Assembly (NCBI GenBank): GCA_000990355.1 | Contig: LBSX01000008.1 | Coordinates: 40,316-104,315, forward strand | Direction: 5' to 3' | Source of the DNA: Candidatus Magasanikbacteria bacterium GW2011_GWC2_37_14 | GTDB lineage: Bacteria; Patescibacteriota; Patescibacteriia; Magasanikbacterales; UBA922 | DNA length: 64,000 nt | Shown here: positions 29,232-39,153 of the stretch, piece by piece | Numbering within the stretch: the stretch's first letter is position 1 | Layout: each line of letters opens with the position of its first letter | Position numbers and translations under genes: made by a program | The notes under the pieces: generated by a model | Databases searched by the model: none | Told to the model about the DNA's origin: nothing | The model's input: only the letters and a program-made list of their open reading frames with translations

Positions 29232-30182
29232 TTACTCATTCTTCTTGCCATGAAATTTTTTGTAAATATTTTTTAGTTCTTTGTCGGTAATGTGGGTATA
29301 AATTTGGGTGGTGGTAATTGAAGAATGGCCAAGCATAGTTTGTACACTGCGAATGTCGGCGCCATTTTGCAATAAATCTGTTGCATAAGAATGGCGTAAG
29401 GTATGTGGAGTAACCAGTTTGGTAATACCAGCAGCTTTGGCATATTTTTGTACCAAACGTTGCACCGAGCGAGTGGTTAAGGATTCATCTTTACTGTTTT
29501 TTTCTTTTTTACTTTTTAAATCATGACAAATAAATAAAAAAGGATTAAGATCCTTGCGAACTTCTAAATATTTTTTTAACCAATATTTAGCTTGGTCGGA
29601 CAAAAAGACTACACGGGATTTCCGGCCTTTACCGGTAACCGTAAATTCTTCGCGAGCAAGATTAATACTATCTTTCTTTAAATTAACTAATTCGGATACA
29701 CGGAGGCCAGTAGAGAATAGCATTTCCAAAATTGCTTTGTCACGGTATTTGATTAAGCCACTAGAATTTTCATTTAACTCTGCTTGTTTAAGTGGAGCTT
29801 CTAAAAGACGACTCAGGTCACTACCTTCCAAAAAAGAAACTTCACGGTCGGGCATTTTCATTAATTCTATTTTTTCGGCTGATAAAGTTTTTACATCACG
29901 TTTGGCTAAATATTTTAAAAAGGAGCGCAAGGCGATTAAATGATAATTTTGGGTGTTCTTTTTTAAAGGTTCACCATGAACATCTGCTAAGCGATTAAGC
30001 CACAAGCGAAATTGGCGAACTTTTTCGGCGTCAATATTTTCGGCTTTATTTTCTGGACCAAACCAAGTGGTAAACCTTTTTAAATAAAAATCATAATTGC
30101 GTAAAGTTTTATCACTACGGTTGCGTTCAATTTCCAGGTATTCTAAATATTCGATTAAGTATTTTGAAATATTTGTTGGCAT
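29232..30182 (-). CDS. Tyrosine site-specific recombinase, XerC/XerD family
   Basis: C-terminal catalytic motif HTLRHSYATDLLQNGADIRSVQTMLGHSSITTTQIYTHI (R-H-R-Y tetrad present) and an N-terminal core-binding domain. Start set to Met35 (MPTNISKY). Confidence 0.85.
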   Translation of the reverse strand: MPTNISKYLIEYLEYLEIERNRSDKTLRNYDFYLKRFTTWFGPENKAENIDAEKVRQFRLWLNRLADVHGEPLKKNTQNYHLIALRSFLKYLAKRDVKTLSAEKIELMKMPDREVSFLEGSDLSRLLEAPLKQAELNENSSGLIKYRDKAILEMLFSTGLRVSELVNLKKDSINLAREEFTVTGKGRKSRVVFLSDQAKYWLKKYLEVRKDLNPFLFICHDLKSKKEKNSKDESLTTRSVQRLVQKYAKAAGITKLVTPHTLRHSYATDLLQNGADIRSVQTMLGHSSITTTQIYTHITDKELKNIYKKFHGKKNE

Positions 30183-30660
30183 AGTAGTCTTTAAAATTTG
30201 CTTTATTATATTGTACGACACTATTGACCCTTCTGTCAAAATCAGGGTCAAGTTGAGCCGGGCCGAAACTTGACAAAAGGTCAATTTTGTGGTATACTAA
30301 ATACATAAAATTAACAAATATAAATTTTTTCATGCCAAAATCCTTAACAGTCGCAGATTGTTGGACATTTCAAAAATTTATATTTGTTAATTTAAAAATC
30401 ATGTAGAGCTTTTTGGGCCACGTGATAAGCAAAAACAAATACAAAAATAAATATGCAAAACCAAAATTGGGGAGCGGTCAACCCACAACAAGCCGCAGAT
30501 TCTTTGGTATATTATTATCTCTTGGCCGGTATCTCTGTTTTGGTAGCGGTTTTTTTGTTCCTACCAAAAAGTTCAACAGGGTGAAATAAAAGTACAATTT
30601 ATTTAGGAGGAAATTTTGCCACCTTGAAAGGGTGGCTTTTATGGCGTATAATATAATTAT

Positions 30661-31362
30661 ATGCACCATCCACAAGTAAAACATACAATTGAGATTTTTA
30701 AAAAATTGTTTGCCAATTTGCCACCCTTGGTGCCACCAGAAGTGGCCAATGAAATGGAACATGCTCTTATTCACTTACAAAGTGATTATTTGTTGACACC
30801 AGAAGAAATGGATAATATGGTAATTGCTTTTGGTAAAAAAATTTGGCCATATTGGAAAGCTTTTGAAGAATTTTATGCTTTGTATCAAGGCAAGTTGGGA
30901 GAAAAATTTTTACTAGGCAAATTAAGTACTGGTGTAAAAAAGCATTATATTTTATTTAAAGACCATGGCGCTGATTACAAAGATTTGCGAATGGGCAAAG
31001 GTGCAGAATTTTTTTCTTTGGAAGAAAGAATGGAATTTAAAGGTGCTTTGGTAGAGATAGACAATGAGTTAAGAAAATATGTACAACAAGAAGTGCTGTC
31101 GGTTGAAAGAACAAAATACGAAGATTTAATAATTAGTTTTCAAACTATTTTTGAGGATATTGAAAAAAGATTGGGTACTTTGCGCTTAATGGCCGAAGAC
31201 GAAGCCGAACACCCTCAAATTGCTTCGGAAATAAGAGAACAGGTAAAAGCTTTTGAATTTGGTTTATGTTTGCTGGGGCCTCATAGTCGGCTAAGTGAGC
31301 TGGTAGAATTTGAAGATTATTACCTGGAAAGAAAAATGACTAAAAAAATATTAGGAAAATAA
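30661..31362 (+). CDS. Hypothetical all-alpha protein (233 aa)
   Basis: Long ORF with a sigma70-like promoter upstream (TTGACA-17-TATACT at 30268-30296). No recognisable motif. Confidence 0.5.
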   Translation: MHHPQVKHTIEIFKKLFANLPPLVPPEVANEMEHALIHLQSDYLLTPEEMDNMVIAFGKKIWPYWKAFEEFYALYQGKLGEKFLLGKLSTGVKKHYILFKDHGADYKDLRMGKGAEFFSLEERMEFKGALVEIDNELRKYVQQEVLSVERTKYEDLIISFQTIFEDIEKRLGTLRLMAEDEAEHPQIASEIREQVKAFEFGLCLLGPHSRLSELVEFEDYYLERKMTKKILGK

Positions 31363-31365
31363 AAC

Positions 31366-31470
31366 CCCCCCAGCTCCACTACGTTGCGCCGGGCAGGCTA
31401 GTAAACTTTGTTAAAAAGATAGTCTAGCTTGCCAGGCGCAGTGAAACGGAGACTGGGGGGGGATTGTTTT
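31366..31470. repeat. Family C 95-nt long-hairpin element, copy 1 (cccccc-arm-loop-arm-gggggg)
   Basis: Identical, apart from one loop base, to 62564-62665. Lies between convergent genes. Confidence 0.85.
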
Positions 31471-32445
31471 TTAGATTAATTTAGGTTTTATATTTGAATT
31501 TTTATTAATCAATTTTGTTATTTGATTTTTATTTAATAGTCCTGCTTGGGCGCCGATTTTGGATATAACACCAGCTGCATTGGCTGTACCCCAGCACATG
31601 GCTTGGTATAAATCTTCATTGTAATGCCAACTTGCTAAAAAGCCACTGGCGTAAGCATCGCCGGCACCGGTTTTTTCTACCAAAGTTGTGGGGTAAAGTG
31701 CCATTTTGTATAACTCTTGGCCATTGGAAGCATAAGAACCATTGGTACTGTCAGTCAAAACAATGTTTTTTACTCCTAGTTTGTGTAGTCTTTTTATTAG
31801 CTCTGTTATTTTGCCATTATTGCCAGTAATTTTTTCTGCTTCTTCTTTATTTACAAATAATAAATCAGTAAATTTTAAAATCTTTTTAAAATTATTTAAA
31901 CTGTTTTTTAATTGTAAAGATCCAGGGTTTACTGCTAATTTGGTATTTGGGTATTTTGCCAAATATTTAATAATTTTTTCTTGTACTCGTGTAAAGTTTT
32001 GTCCCAAAGAAGTGTAATACAGCCATTGGCTTTGGGGAATAGTAGCGTTTTGGTAAGTTTTTTTGGTGTAATAAGACAAAGTGGTGCGTTCGCCTAAATA
32101 ATTTAAAACAATGGAATAACGAGTTTCTTGGTTCGGCAACATTTTTACATATTCGGTATTCACATTTGTTTTTTCCAAACCCTCTTTAATTACTAGACCA
32201 TTCAAATCATCCCCCAGTTCGGTTAGTAAAGCAGTTTTTAAACCAAGTTTTTGTGTGCCAACGGCGACATTGCAAGCATTGCCACCCAAAGCTTGGTCAG
32301 TTTTTTTTACGGGAATTTTGTCGGCATAATTTAAACAAAGCAAACAATGTTCTCTTTTTATGTCGCATTGTAATTTTGCTTCTTCATGGTCAATAACCAC
32401 AAAAGTATCGACCATTGAGTCACCAATAGTAGTAATGTTAAACAT
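31471..32445 (-). CDS. PfkB-family carbohydrate kinase (ribokinase-like)
   Basis: N-terminal GDSMVDTF and C-terminal GAGDAYASGFLASW anion-hole motifs. Confidence 0.75.
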   Translation of the reverse strand: MFNITTIGDSMVDTFVVIDHEEAKLQCDIKREHCLLCLNYADKIPVKKTDQALGGNACNVAVGTQKLGLKTALLTELGDDLNGLVIKEGLEKTNVNTEYVKMLPNQETRYSIVLNYLGERTTLSYYTKKTYQNATIPQSQWLYYTSLGQNFTRVQEKIIKYLAKYPNTKLAVNPGSLQLKNSLNNFKKILKFTDLLFVNKEEAEKITGNNGKITELIKRLHKLGVKNIVLTDSTNGSYASNGQELYKMALYPTTLVEKTGAGDAYASGFLASWHYNEDLYQAMCWGTANAAGVISKIGAQAGLLNKNQITKLINKNSNIKPKLI

Positions 32446-32449
32446 ATAT

Positions 32450-32791
32450 TTATTTCATTCTTTTATATCTTTTTAAATCTTCCGGGCTGTGTTTGTGAAG
32501 CCCAACATAAATTTCGATAAATTCTACAGTCGAGGCAATAAAAAATCCGAGCATAACAATGGCAAATAAATTACTATCTATGTAGAGTGCGTAAACAAAC
32601 AAGGCGTAAGCGCCAACGGCAAAAACCAAATCTTGGCGTCGTTCTAATTCCAAAAATACTCCGTAAACAATCATAATTCCGCCCAAAGCACCAACCACAT
32701 CAAAAGCCAATTGCCCAAGAGAAATTGGTAAATTGGGTATTAAAGTTTGTAAAAACATAATATTTAAATTAAGTACGTGGGTATTATACAA
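32450..32791 (-). CDS. Small integral membrane protein, hypothetical
   Basis: Three or four predicted TM helices. No recognisable family. Confidence 0.4.
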   Translation of the reverse strand: MYNTHVLNLNIMFLQTLIPNLPISLGQLAFDVVGALGGIMIVYGVFLELERRQDLVFAVGAYALFVYALYIDSNLFAIVMLGFFIASTVEFIEIYVGLHKHSPEDLKRYKRMK

Positions 32792-32853
32792 GAATTTGCT
32801 TTTTCTGGTAAGAGGGTAAGAAAAAACCTGCTTATTTAGCAGGTTTTAATATT

Positions 32854-33810
32854 TTATTCTTCCTTCCACTTATTTATATATTCAATCGCACTCAAGGCGG
32901 CAATTACACCTTGTCCAGCAGAAACGGCAATTTGTTTGTAAGGAATGTTGGTAACATCACCGGCAGCAAAAATTCCGGGAAGTGAAGTGCGACATTTTTG
33001 GTCAATTTCAATTTGGTTGCCACCATCTTTTTTTATTTCTACAAATTGAGAGTTTGGTAAATTCCCAACGTGAATCATTACTCCCTGAACATTAATTATT
33101 TTTTCTTCGTCAGTAGTTTTGTCTTTTAATTTTAGACCAGTAACAAAATTATCTACCACAAACTCTTTACTTTCTACATTATAAATAATTTCTATGTTTG
33201 GTAAGGCTTTAACTTTGGTGATCAAAATATCTTCACCTTTGGGAAAACCACCTTTATTAGCTTCATCATTGGGGTATTTGGTAATTAAATAAACTTTGCT
33301 CGCAATACCACTCATCATCAAGGCTGATTCCAAAGCAGCATTTCCGGCGCCAACCGTAGCAGTAATTTTTCCACGGTAAAGCGGGCCATCACAAACTGTA
33401 CAATAAGTAACACCTTTTCCACGCAAATTTTCTTCATTGGGCAAACTCAAGAGACGTGGGTGAATACCACTGGCGATAATTACAGTTTTGGTTTCGTAAG
33501 TTTTTTCTTCGCCACTATAATTTTTGGCGGTTACTGTATAATAATTTTTTTCTTGGCTAATTTTGGTGACTTCAAAACCCAAGTCCATTGGCACATTGTA
33601 GGATTTTACATGATTGGTAAAATCTTGGGCAAGCTTAAAGCCATTGGTGGCAATAATTCCAGGCCAATTATTTACTTCTCCGGAAAGAGCTACTTCGCCA
33701 CCACTGTCTTTGCTAACAATTATGGTATTAAGATTGCGGCGAGCGGCATAAATAGCAGCCGAAGAGCCAGCTGCGGCGGCGCCAATGATTACAAGATCGT
33801 ACATAGACAA
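32854..33810 (-). CDS. trxB: Thioredoxin-disulfide reductase
   Basis: FAD site GAAAAGSSAAIYAARR, redox-active CTVCDG, and NADPH site GAGNAALESA. Confidence 0.9.
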   Translation of the reverse strand: MSMYDLVIIGAAAAGSSAAIYAARRNLNTIIVSKDSGGEVALSGEVNNWPGIIATNGFKLAQDFTNHVKSYNVPMDLGFEVTKISQEKNYYTVTAKNYSGEEKTYETKTVIIASGIHPRLLSLPNEENLRGKGVTYCTVCDGPLYRGKITATVGAGNAALESALMMSGIASKVYLITKYPNDEANKGGFPKGEDILITKVKALPNIEIIYNVESKEFVVDNFVTGLKLKDKTTDEEKIINVQGVMIHVGNLPNSQFVEIKKDGGNQIEIDQKCRTSLPGIFAAGDVTNIPYKQIAVSAGQGVIAALSAIEYINKWKEE

Positions 33811-33821
33811 ATAACATTAAG

Positions 33822-33866
33822 CAGATAACAGATAGCATAAATTGTTATTTGCTATCTGTTAACTGA
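33822..33866. promoter_or_regulatory. Family D palindrome CAGATAACAGATAGCA-(12)-TGCTATCTGTTAACTG
   Basis: Near-perfect 16-bp inverted repeat in the trxB/rpe spacer. Relatives flank the four-helix-bundle gene (18494-18523 and 18901-18930) and occur at 58895-58985. Confidence 0.7.
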
Positions 33867-33879
33867 TGATAAACTAGTT

Positions 33880-34527
33880 TTAAGTAATAGTCAATTTGTG
33901 GATTATTTCCGTAAACTTTTTCAAGTTTTCTTCTGGTGAAAAATTGTTTTTAAAAATAGCACTACCTGGGCAAACTGCTTGTATACTACTTTCATAGATA
34001 TCTGGCAAAGTATCTTCGTTTACACCGCCATCCCATTCGGTAAAAAGTGTGGGGTAAGTAGCGTTTAATTCTAGAGCTTTGTGTAAAACTTCTGGTATAA
34101 GTTTTTGTCCTTGTTTACCGGGTACGATTCCCATAAACATTACCGTATCAATTTTTTCTAAATATTTTTCTAAATTTTCAATATTTGTTTCGGGATTTAA
34201 AACTAAACCTACTTGCCAATTATTTTTTTTGGCAAAAATAATCGCTTGGTCAACATTTTTGCTTTCTAGATGAATTAAAACTCGATTGACTGGTGAACAA
34301 TTAACCCAGCGTTGTAATTCTTTTAAAGGTTCTTCAACCATTAAATGAAGTTCTACCGCAATTTTACAAATTTTTTGTACTACTTCTGGTTCGGCCCAAG
34401 TAGTGCTTGGGACAAATTTACCGTCGGCAATATCTAGCTGTACTTGGTTTAAAACATTTTGCACGCTGTTTATTTGTGAAGTAAATTCTTCTTCGCTGGT
34501 AACTAAAATAGAAGGAATAATTTGCAT
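33880..34527 (-). CDS. rpe: Ribulose-phosphate 3-epimerase
   Basis: IIPSIL ... LDIADGKFVP ... HLMVEEP pattern of Rpe TIM barrels, and operon with rpiB. Confidence 0.75.
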   Translation of the reverse strand: MQIIPSILVTSEEEFTSQINSVQNVLNQVQLDIADGKFVPSTTWAEPEVVQKICKIAVELHLMVEEPLKELQRWVNCSPVNRVLIHLESKNVDQAIIFAKKNNWQVGLVLNPETNIENLEKYLEKIDTVMFMGIVPGKQGQKLIPEVLHKALELNATYPTLFTEWDGGVNEDTLPDIYESSIQAVCPGSAIFKNNFSPEENLKKFTEIIHKLTIT

Positions 34528-34528
34528 A

Positions 34529-35002
34529 TTATTTTTTATTCTCCAATTTTTCTAGTTTTTTATTTCTTCTTTCATATTTACCGCCCAAAAATTCTTCGGT
34601 TTCTAGCCATTTTTTTACAATAGCCATTGCATGATCTTCGGATAATACCCGGCCACCCAGACATAAACCATTACTGTTGTTGTGTAAACGTGAAAGTCTT
34701 GCTGATTCTATGTTATATGCTAAAGCAGCACGCATACCTTTTACTTTGTTGGCAGCCATGCACACACCTGTTCCAGAGCCACAGATAAAAATTCCTCGGC
34801 CATTAGTTTTTACAGTTTTTTTGGCTGCGGGAATAATGAAATCAGGGTAGTCATCCTGTTCATTATAGGTTTTAGCGCCTAAATCAATGAATTTAATTTT
34901 TAATTCATTTTTTAGATATCTGGCCAAACGTTTTTTTAATTGGTAACCGCCGTGGTCGGCAGCTAAATATAGGGGTCTTTTGTCCCAAGATTTGATTGTC
35001 AT
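34529..35002 (-). CDS. rpiB: Ribose-5-phosphate isomerase B
   Basis: YLAADHGGYQLK ... CGSGTGVCMAANK active-site motifs. Confidence 0.85.
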   Translation of the reverse strand: MTIKSWDKRPLYLAADHGGYQLKKRLARYLKNELKIKFIDLGAKTYNEQDDYPDFIIPAAKKTVKTNGRGIFICGSGTGVCMAANKVKGMRAALAYNIESARLSRLHNNSNGLCLGGRVLSEDHAMAIVKKWLETEEFLGGKYERRNKKLEKLENKK

Positions 35003-35248
35003 ATAAAAAATGTTAATAAACCAATTATAGCATTTTTTTAAATTTCAACAAAAAAACAACACCGCCCACTACTTTAACAATCCAAATATGTATCTCATAT
35101 TATTCATATTAAAACAAAAGACTCCGACATACTCCTTGCTGATGGTTTCAATTTTGCAACAATCAGCAGGGGGTCGGAGTCAATTGTGGCCATTGTTTAC
35201 CCCCTCGAAAAACAATGGCAAGGAACAAAGGGTGGAGTGTGCCTAGAA

Positions 35249-35560
35249 CTAGGCGGTGGGCTGGATGAGCGGCTGGGCGGTGTGGTACGCGCTTTGGAGC
35301 AAGACCAGGATTTCTAGGGTAGCCTGTCCAGGAGTGGCCTGCAGGTTGACGCGAGTCCAGAGTCTGGGATCGCCCAGGGTGAACAACGGTTCCTGCACGT
35401 GACGATGTTCATTGAGATCACCGAGCAACGCGAGCGCAAGTTGCTCACGTAGTGCGTGGATGCGCTTCTCGTCCCCTGGGAGGGAGTGGATCGAGAACAA
35501 ATTTTCCAGGGCGTCCTTGTGCGCCAAGTAGTCCAGCACTTTTTCGATGGTCGTGAACAT
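35249..35560 (-). CDS. Hypothetical 103-aa protein on a GC-rich (about 58%) islet
   Basis: ORF inside a roughly 480-bp block whose GC differs strongly from the flanks. A long inverted repeat (gactccgac...gtcggagtc) lies downstream. Confidence 0.4.
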   Translation of the reverse strand: MFTTIEKVLDYLAHKDALENLFSIHSLPGDEKRIHALREQLALALLGDLNEHRHVQEPLFTLGDPRLWTRVNLQATPGQATLEILVLLQSAYHTAQPLIQPTA

Positions 35561-35645
35561 TGGATGTCCCCAAGTTGGTGGTCAGTGGTATTTTAGTGTA
35601 ATTTAGCGATTTGTCAAATCTTCTTTGGTTGGGCTTAGTTTAAAC

Positions 35646-35673
35646 TTGACAAACTCTAGTTTTGTGCTATAAT
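35646..35673 (+). promoter_or_regulatory. Sigma70-like promoter of rpsO (TTGACA-16-TATAAT)
   Basis: cttgacaaactctagttttgtgctataat. Confidence 0.6.
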
Positions 35674-35742
35674 GTGTAAGCCTGTGACCAAAATGGACCC
35701 ATACCCGTTTTGGCCTCATACTAATATTTAACACAGACCCGT

Positions 35743-36093
35743 ATGTTGGACAAAGCAAAAAAGCTAAAAATAATTAAAAAATTTCAAACCCACGAGGGTG
35801 ATACTGGCTCTTCGGAAGTGCAAATTGCCATTCTCACAGCAGAAATAGAGGAGCTTTCGGAACATTTAAAAGTTCATGCCAAAGACCATTCTTCTCGTCG
35901 GGGCTTACTTCGCAAAGTTGGTGAACGTCGCAGATTGCTACGTTATTTGCAAAAAGAAAATCCTACTTCTTACGAAGAATTAGGCAAGAAATTAAAATTA
36001 AAACACGTAAAAAATTTAATTAAGGCTCAGACTGGTGCTACCTCGGAAGAGACAGAAGATAATGTTGATGACGATGCTATTCAAGAAGAATAA
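35743..36093 (+). CDS. rpsO: 30S ribosomal protein S15 with a roughly 27-aa K-rich/acidic C-terminal extension
   Basis: [51 protein letters not shown] matches S15. Confidence 0.9.
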   Translation: MLDKAKKLKIIKKFQTHEGDTGSSEVQIAILTAEIEELSEHLKVHAKDHSSRRGLLRKVGERRRLLRYLQKENPTSYEELGKKLKLKHVKNLIKAQTGATSEETEDNVDDDAIQEE

Positions 36094-36631
36094 AACTAAG
36101 AATCCACTTAAACACCCCGAACAACGCGTAGGGGTGTTTATTGATGTACAGAATCTTTATTATAGTGCCAAAAATTTATATGCACGTAAAGTTAATTTTG
36201 GTAATATTGTAGAAGATGCAGTTGCAGGTAGAAAAAAGATTCGGGTAATTGCCTATGTAGTAAGCACCGAATCCAAAGACGAAAAACCTTTTTTTGATGC
36301 TTTAAATAATTTGGGTATTGAAACTAGAGAAAAAGATTTACAGATTTTTTCTACGGGCATGAAAAAAGCTGATTGGGATGTGGGTTTGGCTGTAGACGCT
36401 ATTCGCTTGGCTCCTAGTTTGGATGCGGTGGTAATTGTTTCGGGCGATGGTGATTATTTGCCTTTGGTAGAATATTTACAAAAAAGTAGTGGCAAACAAG
36501 TAGAAGTAGTAGCTTTTGGTGAAACTGCTTCGCATTATATTTTGGACGAGGCCGACGACTTTTTGGATTTAAGTAAAAATAAAGATCGCTATTTAATGAA
36601 TGAAGTTTGGATAAATAAAAAAAATAAATAA
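36062..36631 (+). CDS. NYN/LabA-like (PIN-type) nuclease domain protein
   Basis: [14 protein letters not shown] ... [14 protein letters not shown] ... [17 protein letters not shown]. Start is uncertain (ATG at 36062, 36068 or 36074) and the CDS overlaps the rpsO 3' end by 20-32 nt. Confidence 0.7.
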   Translation: MLMTMLFKKNKTKNPLKHPEQRVGVFIDVQNLYYSAKNLYARKVNFGNIVEDAVAGRKKIRVIAYVVSTESKDEKPFFDALNNLGIETREKDLQIFSTGMKKADWDVGLAVDAIRLAPSLDAVVIVSGDGDYLPLVEYLQKSSGKQVEVVAFGETASHYILDEADDFLDLSKNKDRYLMNEVWINKKNK

Positions 36632-36716
36632 TTAATTTAAGAGAAGTGGTTTTTGGACATCGAGGCCTTAAGCAGAGGTCTTTAGCCTAAAAATCACTTC
36701 CAAGAAAGAAAAATAT

Positions 36717-38945
36717 ATGGAAAACAAAAGTTGGTCGCTCAATTGGGGCGGCAGAGAACTTACCGTAGAGGTAGGTAAATTAGCATTGTTAACTAATGGG
36801 TCTTGTACTGTGCGCTATGGCGACACGGTAGTTTTGGCCACAGTGGTAAAAAGTAAAAAGGAAAAAGATGCAGATTATTTTCCACTATCTGTGGAATTTG
36901 AAGAAAAATTGTATGCCGCTGGCAAAATAAAAGGCAGTCGGTTTATTAAAAAAGAAGGTCGACCATCCGACGCAGCAATTTTGTCTGGTCGTTTAATTGA
37001 TCGCGCCATTCGTCCTCTTTTTGATGATCGGGTAAGAAATGAAGTTCAAGTAGTAGTAACTCCTTTGTCTGTAGATCAAGAAAATGATGCTGCCATTACC
37101 GCTTTTATTGCGGCCTCGGTAGTTGTTTCTATTTCCAATATTCCTTGGAATGGTCCGGTAGCAGCTGCCAGAATTGGTAGAGTAAATGGTGAATTAATTT
37201 TGAATGTTACTGGCAGTCAATTGGAAAGTGCAGAAAATGATTTGAATTTGGTAGTGGCTGGTACTCCAGAAAAATTGATTATGGTAGAAGCTGGCGCCAA
37301 AGAAGTGAGTGAAAAGGATATGCTTGAAGCTATGCAATGGGGTTTAAAACAATTACAACCAGTGATTGAATTTATTAATAAAATTAAAAAAGAAATTGGT
37401 TTGCCAAAAGATGTAACCCCAGAAAAAATTGCTTCGGTCGAAGAAGCTGGTGATGATATTAAAGAAAAAGTAAAACAATTAGTAAGAAAATTTGTTTTGG
37501 ATAATAGTGAAAAAATGGTTTTTGATAAAGCCAAAATTTCTCGTACCGAAAGAATTGAAATGTTGAATAATCTTGAAACTAGTGCTAAAGAATTTTTAGT
37601 GGCTCAAGGTGTTGTTGAAGAAGACATGTTGTCTGGTTTACAAAATATAAAACTTTATGTAGAAGAAGTAATTACCAAAAAGATTTTGGACAAAGAACAA
37701 AGATTGGATGGACGCAAATTAGATGAGGTCCGGGCTTTGAGCACCGAAGTTGATTTGTTGCCACGTGTGCATGGTTCGGCACTTTTTCAACGCGGTGATA
37801 CTCAAGTATTATCAATTGTTACTCTTGGTGCTCCTGGAGATAAACAAACTTTGGATGGTATGGAAGAAGATGGCACCAAACGTTATATGCACCATTACAA
37901 TGATGCTCCATACACTTATGGAGAAACTGGCCGTGTAGGTGGACCAGGACGTCGGGCTATTGGTCATGGAGCTTTGGCCGAACGGGCACTAGAACCAGTA
38001 TTACCAGCCGAAACTGATTTCCCTTATACTATTCGTGTTGTTTCCGAAGTGTTGGGTTCTAATGGTTCTTCTTCAATGGCCTCTACCTGTGGTTCCACAA
38101 TGTCCCTGATGGCAGCCGGAGTACCAATTAAAAAACCAGTAGTGGGTGTAGCCATGGGTTTGGCTTCCGAAAGTGATGAAAATGGCAAAATAAAACGTTT
38201 TAAAGTTTTAACTGATTTGCAAGATGTAGAAGATGGTCCTGGGGGAATGGATTTTAAAATTACTGGAACTGCCGACGGTATTACTGCTATGCAAATGGAT
38301 ACCAAGACTACTGGTTTAACTTGGGAGATTGTGGAAAAAACAATTAAACAAAATAAAGAAGCCCGCGAAGTGATTATGAAAAAAGTAGTAGAAGCAATTG
38401 CTACTCCTCGTGCCGAACTTTCTCCTTATGCACCTCGGATTGAAACAATCCAGATTAATCCAGAAAAAATTGGTGATCTTATTGGTCCTGGCGGTAAAAC
38501 AATCAAGAAAATTACCGAGGAAACTGGTGTATCAATTGATATTGAACAAGACGGTCGCGTATTAATTACTTCGGTAGATGCCGAAGCCATGAAAAAGGCT
38601 ATCCAATATGTAAAAGATTTAACTCACGAAGTAACTGCTGGTGAAACTTATGATGGTACAGTGGTACGTTTGGAAGATTTTGGGGCTTTTATAAATATTT
38701 TGCCTAGTCAAGATGGTTTGGTACACGTATCGGAAATTTCTTGGAACCGTGTTGGCAAGCCTAGTGATGTCTTGAAAATTGGCGATAAAGTAAAAGTATT
38801 GGTAAAAGAAATTGATAATCTAGGTAGAACTAATTTATCAATTAAAGCCTTAATTGCCAAACCCGAAGGTTATGTGGCTCCTGCACCATTTGTGCGCGAC
38901 AACGGTGGTCAAAAAAGAGGTGGGTTTGTAAAGCGAGATCACTAA
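36717..38945 (+). CDS. pnp: Polyribonucleotide nucleotidyltransferase (PNPase)
   Basis: Two RNase PH domains, a KH domain (GPGGKTIKKITEETG) and an S1 domain, over 742 aa. Confidence 0.95.
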   Translation: MENKSWSLNWGGRELTVEVGKLALLTNGSCTVRYGDTVVLATVVKSKKEKDADYFPLSVEFEEKLYAAGKIKGSRFIKKEGRPSDAAILSGRLIDRAIRPLFDDRVRNEVQVVVTPLSVDQENDAAITAFIAASVVVSISNIPWNGPVAAARIGRVNGELILNVTGSQLESAENDLNLVVAGTPEKLIMVEAGAKEVSEKDMLEAMQWGLKQLQPVIEFINKIKKEIGLPKDVTPEKIASVEEAGDDIKEKVKQLVRKFVLDNSEKMVFDKAKISRTERIEMLNNLETSAKEFLVAQGVVEEDMLSGLQNIKLYVEEVITKKILDKEQRLDGRKLDEVRALSTEVDLLPRVHGSALFQRGDTQVLSIVTLGAPGDKQTLDGMEEDGTKRYMHHYNDAPYTYGETGRVGGPGRRAIGHGALAERALEPVLPAETDFPYTIRVVSEVLGSNGSSSMASTCGSTMSLMAAGVPIKKPVVGVAMGLASESDENGKIKRFKVLTDLQDVEDGPGGMDFKITGTADGITAMQMDTKTTGLTWEIVEKTIKQNKEAREVIMKKVVEAIATPRAELSPYAPRIETIQINPEKIGDLIGPGGKTIKKITEETGVSIDIEQDGRVLITSVDAEAMKKAIQYVKDLTHEVTAGETYDGTVVRLEDFGAFINILPSQDGLVHVSEISWNRVGKPSDVLKIGDKVKVLVKEIDNLGRTNLSIKALIAKPEGYVAPAPFVRDNGGQKRGGFVKRDH

Positions 38946-38961
38946 TTAGTTTGTATAAAGT

Positions 38962-38993
38962 AAAAGAATCCCCCCCTAAGGGATTCTTTTTTT
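38962..38993. terminator. Terminator hairpin after pnp (aaaagaatccccccctaagggattcttttttt)
   Basis: Perfect stem plus T-run. Confidence 0.7.
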
Positions 38994-39153
38994 ATCCACA
39001 GTATTGTTTGACACTAATTATTTATCTGGTAAACTAAAATTAGTATGAATAAAATTTTCTTAACTACAACCACTACTACAATCTTTTTCTCTTATTGAGG
39101 TAGTGTTTATTTTTTAAGAAAAGATAATAATCCTCAAGAAGAGGATTTTTTTT

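Noticed and set aside
30478-30774. 98-aa minus-strand ORF upstream of the 233-aa hypothetical gene
   Set aside because: It overlaps a good plus-strand promoter and the start of the 30661 gene, and its product is Trp/Phe-rich low complexity.
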